From positions 1 through 34,826 of the forward strand of contig RBNJ01000266.1 of NCBI GenBank assembly GCA_003990765.1: 34,826 nt of DNA, in the 5' to 3' direction. Source of the DNA: Jimgerdemannia flammicorona (taxonomy: Eukaryota). Below the pieces are notes generated by a model. The model was given only the letters and a program-made list of their open reading frames with translations. It had not been told where the DNA came from and made no database searches. Below are positions 1 to 8,592 of the stretch, piece by piece. Every line of letters begins with the position of its first letter. Position 1 is the first letter of the stretch. The position numbers were made by a program, and so were the translations under genes.

Positions 1-2000
1 GGTCACTAACAATGATCTTGGAGAGACCATGATAGCGGAAGATGTTGTCAAACAAGAGTGTGGCTATGTCTGGTGCTGTTGCAGTAGTGGTAGTAGGCAC
101 AAAGTGGGCTTATTTGCTGAGATAGTCCACAAAGACAACAATTGCATCTTTTCCATTCTTGGTTCGGGGTAGTTGTACAATGAAGTCCATAGAGATTTGT
201 TTCCAATTTGCAGATGGTACTGGAATAGAGTGAAGTAAGCCGGGTTTTGCTAGTGTTGAGGACTTGTTTCGTTGGCAGGTATCACAAGAAGTGATATAGG
301 TTTTGAGCTGATCTGCCATGCAGGGCCAATAGAAGTTTCGGGAGATAACTTCGTAACATTTATCAAATCCTAAATGTCCAGCTATAGGGGCATCATGACA
401 TTCGAATAGGATAGTCCTTCGGAGGTCTCGGTTGTTTGGGACATACAGTCTGTCCTTGTAGTAGATAGCATTGTCCTTGAGTTGGTATTGATTGTACCGG
501 GTATGCTTGTTGGCATCATCATTGTTCAGGATTTCTCGGAGTGCTTGAGCTTCTTTATCATCAACACATGCTGCAATGATTTGTTCCATGATAGTGTTGG
601 TAACCAAGGTCAGAGTTTGGATAACCTCTTCGATTGGTGGTCTGGAAATTGCATTGGTAACAATATTTTCCTTGCCAGGGCGGTACTGAATTACGTAGTC
701 AAAGTTGGTGAGGACTTTCATCCATCTAGCTTGCTTTCGAGAAAGGATAGCCTGTGTCTTGATGTTGACTAATGACTTGTGGTCAGTCAATACAGTAAAG
801 TGTGCTCCTTCTAGGTATGGTCGCCATTTGATCAGAGTGTCTACGATGGCTAGCATTTCCTTCTCGTGAGTTGCATAGTTGATTTCAGCATCATTGAACT
901 TGTGGGAGTGGTAGGCCACAGGGTGTCCTTCTTGCATGAGTACTACTCCAAGAGCTAGGTCAGAGGCATCAGTGGTGACTTCGTATGGTAGGGCAGGGTT
1001 TGCTGCTTGAAGTACTGGTGTGGTTATCAGGGCATCTTTTAGTGCTTGAAAGGCAGTATCTTGTTTGGGTCCCCAATTTACAAGATTGTTGAAGTCTTTC
1101 TCTTGTTTCATGGTCCAGAGTTGTTTTTGTTCCTTGCTATGCTTGGTCATTTGGGTGAGAGCAGTAGCGATTTTAGCAAAGTTGGCAACAAATCGCCTGT
1201 AATAGTTTGCTAATCCCAGGAATGACTGGAGGTCTTTCAGCTTCTTCAGTCTGGGCCAATCTTTGATTGCAGAGATTTTGCTGGGGTCCACCTTGATTCC
1301 ATTCAGAGTGACAATGTGTCCAAGGAATTGAATTTCTTTCAGAAGAAATTCGCACTTGCTGAGTTTTGCAAAGAGTCTGTTTTCTCGGAGTTTCAGTAGT
1401 ACTAGTTCAAGGTGTTCAAGATGTTCCTCTAGGGTTTTGCTGAAGACTAGGATGTCATCAATGTAGACAACAACGAATTTGTCCAGGTATGGGTATAGAA
1501 TGGTGTTCATCAGAGTCTGGAAGGTTGCTGGAGCATTAGTTAAGCCAAAGGGCATAACCAGGAACTCGAAGTGTCCATAGCAAGTTCGGAAGGCTATCTT
1601 GTAGATGTCTTCTTCTTTCATAGCAATTTGCCAGTAACCATTTCGCAGGTCAAAAGAGCTCATGAATTGTGGGTTGGTAAGTCTATCGAATATTTCATCG
1701 ATCCTTGGTAGTGGGCAACAGTTCTTGATGGTCTGCTCATTGAGATCGCAGTAGTCAATGCACATTCATAGGTCTCCTCCTTTCTTGACAATGAAGAGGA
1801 CTGGTGCACCATAGGGTAATACACTGGGTCTGATGAATCCTTGTTCTAGGAGTTCGTCGATTTCCTTCTTGAGTGCATCAATTTCTCTCGGGGACATGTG
1901 GTAGATTGACTTGAAGGCTGGTTTGGCATCTGGGATAGTCTTGATGGCATGGTCTACTGCTCGTTTGGGAGGTAGGCCTTTTGGGAGCTTCTTTGGGAAT
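1..2000 (-). pseudogene. Reverse transcriptase, RNase H and integrase domains of copy A
   Basis: [17 protein letters not shown] at 1454-1465; TTDASD (RNase H); HDAPIAGH...CDTC (integrase HHCC); ISMDF (integrase core). Confidence 0.97.
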
Positions 2001-2239
2001 ATGTCTCGGAATTTCTGGAGTAGTGGTCTGACATGGCTGTCAACTTTGGAAAAATCTTCTTCAGAGTTCTTGGGTTCTCCTTTGGATGGTCAGATGGAGA
2101 TAGCGAAGAGAGGGCATTTCTTGGCCAATTTCTTGAGTTGTAGCTTGTTGATGTGGGTGATCTTTGGTCCAGGGTCACTAGTGTTGAGTGGGTCCTTTTC
2201 GCCTTGTAGTTTGAAGTTGTGGCATCCTTTCTTGATGGT

Positions 2240-2570
2240 CAGTGAATGGTTTACCCAATCGATCATGGGGTTCTCTTGCTTTAACCATGGAGTCCCAAGG
2301 ATGATTTCATTGTCGGGAAGTGGTACAATTTGAAGGGTAACATGTACTCGGTAGTTGTCAATTCGGAAGGGTAGATTGTGGACTTCTTTGCTAATAACAT
2401 GTGAGGTTCCATCAGCTGTAGCAACTGCTTGAGTTTGCTGTACTGGGGAGGTGAAGACCTTGAGTCTGTTGGCAGTCTCTTCATCAATGAAGTTGCCTGA
2501 GGCACCACTGTCTATCATAATCTTGACAGGTGCTCCGTTGACAAAAGCCTTAAGGGTGAGCAGTTTGTCT
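2240..2570 (-). pseudogene. Retropepsin-type aspartic protease domain
   Basis: IMIDSGASGNFI (DSG at 2504-2512) and IILGTPWL. Confidence 0.95.
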
Positions 2571-2783
2571 GATCCAATAGTGGTGATTTCGGTTGTAGGA
2601 GCCTTTCTTCTGTTGGTTCTTCTTTGAGCCAGTTCATTGACACAAGAGAAGCAATCATCAATCATTCGGGAAGAGTACATTCCAATACCATGAGGGCATC
2701 GGCCACTTGGTACATATCCATCTTCTATCTTCTTGTAGAATTGTTCTTCTTTGCTCACAGTAGGTTGGGTTGGGGCCTTGTTT

Positions 2784-3190
2784 GATGAGCCAAATCCTTT
2801 GGATCCTTGGATGGTGGGCAGTAGTTCAGGGACTTCTTTGACCATCAGGGTTGACTCAATTTTTTCGAATAGGATCTGGGCAATCCAGAAACCAATAGGG
2901 ATCTTGAAGGGTATCCAACTGTGGTTTCGAATGAGGACAATGATTTCACCTGTATAATCTTCATCAATGACTCCTCCTTCTACTGAGAGTCTTTTCAATG
3001 CTAGGCTGCTGCAACAGCATATTCTTCCAACATGTTCTTCAGGGATTTGGATACTGATTCCTGTATAGACTTGTTTGACTTCTCAGTTGGAAACTGTAGC
3101 TTCTTTGGCTGCATACAGGTCATATCCGGCTGCTTTTTGACTTCCTTTGGTTGGGGCCTTAGCAGTTTGTCTTATCTTGACAAAGTCTAG
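2784..3190 (-). pseudogene. Trimeric dUTPase domain, in frame between the Gag zinc knuckle and the protease
   Basis: All five dUTPase motifs are recognisable: AGYDLY, (R>C)SSL, GVIDEDYTGEI, (R>W)IAQ, (R>Q)GSKGFGSS. The deviations are CpG-type transitions. Confidence 0.95.
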
Positions 3191-3268
3191 TGTTCTGGTG
3201 GTCAGGTTGTTGAGGTGGTGCAGAGTGGTGACAGTTGCTCATGTTGCTGATCGGGGTTTTCAGTTAGG

Positions 3269-3310
3269 GCAGGCACTGGCCATGTGTCCTGTCTTTCGGC
3301 AATAGAAGCA
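3269..3310 (-). other. Gag nucleocapsid CCHC zinc knuckle
   Basis: CFYCRKTGHMASAC, in the same frame as dUTPase and pol. Confidence 0.95.
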
Positions 3311-5715
3311 TGCTCCGCTTCTTCGAAGTTCATTTCTTTCGCCTTCAGTAAGTTTCTTGAAGGTACTTGGCTGGGTGGGTTCATGATTTCTGGGTGTTCA
3401 AGAGGTGGATGTGGAGGAAGCTCGGGATGCTTCATGCTTGGGTTCTTCTTTCTTGGTCCAAGTCCTTTCCTTGTTGTTGAATTGTCTTCAGGGCAGAATT
3501 GGTCCAGCTGTTAGGATTCGCTTAACCATAGTCTTGATTCTTATCAGGCACCATTGTTGGTGGTCGCAACCAACTGAGCGGCCTTGTTCTCAGATTTTTC
3601 TAGTAAGCCATTCAGGCAGTGCATCAAATAAATGGTCTGCTCTTGTACCATTTCATGCTTCGTCATTGGCAATGTATCCTAGGCCAACAGTGTTCAGGAG
3701 TGACTCGAGTTTTGTACAGAAGGTTTTGAATTCTTCTTTGCCATGTACATCAAATTTGAGGTTGCGGAGTTTTACTCGAGATTCAGCAATCATTGTTTCA
3801 CTGCGATATTGAGCAATCATGAGTTGTTTGAGTCCAGGGGCTGCAGGATGGGCTCCATATCCTGGGGCATTATTTGCTGCATTCTGAGCAACTACTGCAG
3901 GTCAGGTATCCCATGTGAGGGGTTTTTCAGGAAGGGTTCGCCACCATTCTTCGGCAGGTCCTCAGAAGAATGTAACAACTTGGCGGACATAGGCTGTAGT
4001 GGTAGCAAAGAGTTGTTCCAGGGTGTGGTCTTGATTGTTTGTCAGAATGCGGTCAGCAACATGTTCATTGGTCCATTGATTGGCTTCGAAGTTGGTGTCA
4101 ACTACGCTAATGAAGCTTTGGACTTCTTGTGCAGTACCATTGAAGGTAGGTAGGCTCAGATTTTTGGTAGGTTGGGTTTGTTCAGCTAAGGCAGTAATGG
4201 TTGCTGCCATTATAGCTACTTGGGCTGTGAGGTCTAGAATCTGTTGGTTCGCCATATTGTTTGCTGGAGGCAGTTGGACTGCTGGTAGTGGTGTTACTGG
4301 TACTACTTGAGGTACTGGTGCAGAGTGTGATGGGGTTCTTTGGGTCTGTGTAAGTTGCTGGAGTAGTAGTTGTGGGTCTGGAGTGAGGGCTTGATAGATA
4401 GCTGTTTGTTGCTGTGTAGGTGTATTCTGTCCTGATGGATGTGTGTCTCCTTTGGTGGTATATCCAGGATCGAATTCGGTGAGATACTCCTCCTCTTCTT
4501 CGGTTTGGTCCCCGTGTAATTGGGTTTGCTCGGTGTCAAAGTAGACAGAATCAGTTGTATATCTGATTTCAGATGGACTTAATTCGAAGTCAAGTTCAGG
4601 TTCGGTATTGGTTTCAGATTCAGGTAGGGTTGTAGCAGGGCCTGCTTCAGGTTCGGGGTCAGGTAGTTGGTGAAGGGTTTCTCTTGCTTCTTCCTTAAGG
4701 ATATGGCGGGCCTTGCTGTTCTGGAATCGGTAGTATAAGGCGGTCTTGGTCCTGGTGCAGTGAAAGTCAGTAGAGTTGAGCCACTTGGCTACAGAGGCTT
4801 GGGCTTCATGAGGAACTAAGGCTAGAAAGACTGCTGCTGGTTGTCCTAGGTCGCTTGGATTTGTGGAGCTGACAAAACTCTTGTTGAGAAGAGTAAAGAA
4901 GGCTTCAATAAGACCTTCTTCATCTTGACTTGCTGGGTGTAGTGCAAGGAGTTCGGTGAATAGGGTTTCACCTATTTGCTGGTTTAACTTGAGTACTTCT
5001 TTCTTTGAATGAAGTTTATCCCACTTGTTGCAGGTGTGGAGGTCAAATTGTCCTTGTGCATCAGGTTCAATTCTCTCCAGATTGTCAGATGGTTCAGATT
5101 AATTCCAGTTTAGAGGTTGGGCTTTATACCAACTTGTAGGAATTCACAGAAGGGTTTGTAGTGGGGTGAGGAAGCGTCTTGAAGCAGAATTGGATTGTAA
5201 ACTGCTGCTACCAAGTTGTAAGAGGGTTGCTTTTTAGAGTAACTGTTACGTAGTTCGGGGAGGATTTTCTGGAAGTTCTGGATATTCTGGAAGACCGTTT
5301 TCTTATAGTCAGGATCAATTTCATATGGAGTACGTCCTCTACGCTTATTGATTTCAAGATTGGGTTGACGTCTCAACTGAAGTCCTTTTTTGGACTAGTT
5401 CTGGATGTTCAGGATTTTCCGTATTTCAGGAAGTTCAAGAAACTAAGACCAGCTTAGTTGAATTGGCATATCGCTGCAGACAACACCCAATTAGGAAATT
5501 TCGTGACAGGGTTAGGAGTAGGACCTAACAGGGAGTGGATTTACTTAAGAGTGGTTTGTGGGTTATGGAATAGGTTTATTTGCTATTCATGATATTGCTA
5601 TACTAGGAGTATGTATGTGAAGGGATATTGTGGGGAAGTGCTCAGGAGTTGTGTTCGGATTGTTCAAGTCTTCAAGTCTGTTCGAGTCTGAGATTCTGAG
5701 GTCTGGAGGAGGGGG

Positions 5716-5870
5716 TATTTATACTAGTGAGGGGCTATCTGGACTAGGCTAGATATGGATGTAGCACTAAGTGCTTTGCTGAGTCAGAATGCAGTCACGT
5801 AGTACAAGTGTGATCTGACATATCAAGAGATCGTCTGACTGCTGAGTCAGTTCACAGTCACGTTGTACAA
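5716..5870 (-). promoter_or_regulatory. Main LTR promoter: TATAAATA preceded by a duplicated TGACTCA + ACGTGAC module
   Basis: TGAGTCA at 5780-5786 and 5843-5849 (63-bp period), each beside GTCACGT. TATA lies 5716-5723 and is conserved in all four LTR copies. Confidence 0.7.
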
Positions 5871-5912
5871 GGCTAATCTATCTATACTATGACTGCTAGG
5901 CTATTTATAGGT

Positions 5913-7007
5913 TTAGGCACTGTCTGGGTAGTCTTCGATGACATCACCATCGATTGCATCATCCCTGATGAAGTAGTCATCTAGGAAGAGTGGTTCACAG
6001 ATTACTTCTCCTTGTTGGCTGAGGTAGTAATACATTGGGACTTCATCTCCATCCCACAAGATAGCATCATCTGTTTCGTATGCTGGATAAGGTGTTGGTG
6101 GGCGAAGGATGGGTGTACTGTCTTCGCTTTCATCAGATTCACTGTCTGCATACCTTCTATAGGTTACGGCACTATGAGTTGTAGGGTTATAGTATGCTGG
6201 CGGCTGTTCATGTTGCTCATACTTGGGTGGTGGAGTGGTTGGTTCGATCTCGAGGGTTGTCTGAAGGTACAGGTTGTATTCTCCAGTCTCTTCATTGTAA
6301 TTGAAGTAATCGGGGGTGAATGTGGGTTGGTATTCGTGCTAGTGGTCATTGTCCCAATAAGTCTCGTATGCAGTTATGAACTGTTGTAAGTTCATTGGCA
6401 AGGTTGGTGGAGTGATCAGGGTTGGCAGATATCCTTGGCTAGAGGTCATGTCAGCATCAGAGGGGTCGTTGTCTTCTGCTTCATCTTCATCGAAGTGGAT
6501 TATATCGTAGACGTCCTTCATGGCGTATCCGACTTGAGGCATTTGCAGGATATGGTCATTGGGGTGCGGGAAGGTTCTGTCTGTGGTTTCAACATACTCG
6601 AGGTACTTGTGGTTGATTTCTTGTATCATGTCATCGATTTGGCCATAGGACAGGGTAGCAACCATTTCACTGGTAGTAACTCGGAGGCGGGGAATAAAGG
6701 TGTTGTACTCATAGAAGAGTTCTCGATGTTTGCGGGCGATGAGCTTCTGGTGTTGAGACATCTGGGTAATGGCTGTATCATGGTGATGTTCGACCATGTC
6801 TTCCAGGAGGCGGCCGATCTGGTAGTAGCTTGAGATTTGTCTGATTCAGTGGGTCTCGCTAAGCATGTTCAGGGTGTTCCATCGGGCTTCCATGAAGTAG
6901 AGGGGTGCCAGGCTATGGATATTCATGAGGGGCAGAGGGGGTGTAGCTCGGTTGACAATGGCATTCCAAATGTCAGCGCAGATACAGTTGTAGATCTCGG
7001 TGGTCAT
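5913..7007 (-). pseudogene. ~364-codon accessory ORF inside LTR U3; unknown acidic, Pro/Tyr-rich protein with two PPxY motifs
   Basis: ATG 7007 to TAA 5913-5915 in one frame, with only two internal stops (TGA<-CGA, TAG<-CAG). Includes track ORF 6339-6797. The frame is recognisable in both LTRs of copy C. Confidence 0.85.
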
Positions 7008-7076
7008 GTTTGTGTGTTTGGAAGTTGTAGTTGTTGTTTGTTTTGGTTCTCTGATTCGACGCGTCTCGGTGCTTGG

Positions 7077-7190
7077 TATATATACATTTATTCCTGATTG
7101 GTAAGGTTCCGTTTGTATAGATCTTGTGTTCTGTGACTTCGTATTGACTCAGCTTTGTGCACTGTGACTTCGGTTTGACTCAGCTTTGTG
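7077..7190 (-). promoter_or_regulatory. Second, upstream LTR promoter candidate for the U3 ORF
   Basis: TATATATA at 7077-7084, ~70 bp before ATG 7007. TGACTCA at 7145-7151 and 7176-7182 within a 31-bp tandem duplication. Confidence 0.55.
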
Positions 7191-7295
7191 ATCAAGCAGG
7201 TGATTTCCAGATTTGTTCAGAGGTTGTGTGTGATTTCAGTGGCTTGTTCAGAGGGTGACGTATAATTTCGGTGGCTTGGAGGTTGTGTGCTTACA

Positions 7296-8554
7296 GGTAT
7301 CATCTGGACTTCCCAGTGTGGGTGGTCAGGTAACTTCTGAAGATGGCAAGATTGTGGATTTAGACTGAGCAGCATAGTCAGATAGACTGGGAGGTTCTGA
7401 CTCTGCCTGTTAACAGAGGTAGGCTGGGCTTAATAGATTTTACCAAGTGCCTATTTTTGCCTGAAAGTATAGTGACTGAAGAGAGCAAGTGAGTTAAGAG
7501 GCCAGGAGTGAGTACCACTCTTACAGAGAGTGTGGGAAGTTTGGTATTCCCCTCATGGAGTGACTGGTGATCTGCTTGTGATGGTGACCATGGATGGAAG
7601 TAGGAGGATATGTTATAAAGACTTTTGGTGGGGTATGGTTGATAGTGGAAAGAAAATTAGACTATAGTGAAGGAGTGATGAGAGAGAGGAGGACTGGGGA
7701 CCACAGATGTAGAGATGGGATCAGCTACTACTAGGAGATTCATTGGTGGAGAATTTTCAACTTGGCAATAGAATGGAATATTTGTGGGGGCTCAGGGGGG
7801 ATGTGTGGCCTGAAGTATAGCAAAGAGTGGGAATTGGTAAGGAGTGGGACTGGAATAGGGTTTGACTTTGAAGCAAGCAGATGATACCATAGCTTCCCCC
7901 CAAGTTTTGGATAGTATAGTAGAGATTCCTAAGGCGGAATGTAATACTGAACTATTGGTCAGAACACTTGGTGGCAGGTGATATGTTTGAGTGTGAGAAA
8001 TGCATAGATGTTGGCCAGGAGGGGGGGGTAGTACAAATGCCTGAACATTGGCTAGGAGAGTGTAAAGTTTTGGGAGATTTCTGGTATAATATTACTAGCT
8101 GACTAGAATTACTGCCCCTGGCAGAGAGGGAGAGTGGGAGATGGGGGGACCTCTTGCATAGATTAGTGGATAAGGTTGGAAATGAATGGTTGACCTTGGG
8201 ATGGGCCCTGACAATTTGGGTAGGGCTGACTGGTCATTGGCTTTATGTCTTTAAGGAGGGCCAGTAGGTTGAAGTTGGAGCTAGAGTAGTGCATTGGAAA
8301 TAGTTACTACTTGACATTTTGAATAGTTGGTAGAGAGGATGGGAACTGGGTGGGGGAGGCTGTTAGAGTCTGGTGGAATATATTTGCAGAAAGAGTAGAG
8401 AGAGAGTTAAGGTAGCAGGTGGGTGGATTGTTCTTTGGTGGGGAGAGATAGAGAGTAGAGAGGAGGATCTGAGGAATATTGGCTGAGGGGTCATGTGGGC
8501 ACATATGTATTATTATTTATAGATCGAGTGGTAATAAATAGAAGTCCAAGTGAC

Positions 8555-8590
<36 letters not shown>
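7296..8590 (+). mobile_element. 3' part of an L1/Tx1-like LINE (LINE-A), interrupted by Gypsy copy A
   Basis: ORF2 C-terminal motif CEKC...PEHWLGEC near 7990-8065. AATAAA then A33 tail at 8558-8590. Homologous to the 3' part of the LINE at 21456-27341. Confidence 0.9.

Positions 8591-8592
<2 letters not shown>

Larger units (their letters stand above)
1..5469 (-). pseudogene. Gag-dUTPase-Pro-Pol polyprotein, ancestrally a single frame, now broken by C->T stops and one 1-bp deletion near 5097
   Basis: ORF pieces 3962-4255, 2090-2998 and 110-1765 share one frame, separated by TGA/TAA/TAG codons one transition away from CGA/CAA/CAG. ATG CCA ATT at 5469 is in frame with ORF 5110-5376. Copies B and C lack the frameshift near 5097. 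Confidence 0.88.
1..7295 (-). mobile_element. Ty3/Gypsy LTR retrotransposon copy A (least decayed); 5' LTR plus gag-pol, runs off the left edge inside integrase
   Basis: Minus-strand domain order Gag-CCHC, dUTPase, PR, RT, RH, IN. The LTR starts TGTAAGCAC at 7295 (minus), matching the sequence right after the PPT of copy C at 19365. Confidence 0.95.
5504..7295 (-). repeat. 5' LTR of copy A (~1.8 kb); 3' boundary approximate
   Basis: Begins TG at 7295; candidate end CTGTCA at 5504. Homologous to 19365-21143 and 11167-12625. Contains TATAAATA (5716-5723) and AATAAA (5575-5580) on the minus strand. Confidence 0.85.

Noticed and set aside
2090..3310. Programmed frameshift or readthrough between gag, dUTPase and pol
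   Set aside because: All domains share one frame, and the stops are scattered CGA->TGA changes that mostly differ between copies.
5485..5700. Tf1-type self-priming (PBS complementary to the 5' end of R)
   Set aside because: I found no convincing complement of the post-LTR sequence near the predicted transcription start.
5913..7007. U3 ORF as an envelope gene
   Set aside because: No signal peptide or transmembrane segment is visible, and it lies inside the LTR rather than between pol and the PPT.
6012..7097. Hydrophobic plus-strand ORFs (6012-6389, 6435-6833, 6837-7097) as membrane or env proteins
   Set aside because: Antisense to the U3 ORF; the hydrophobicity is the usual mirror of an A/C-rich sense strand.
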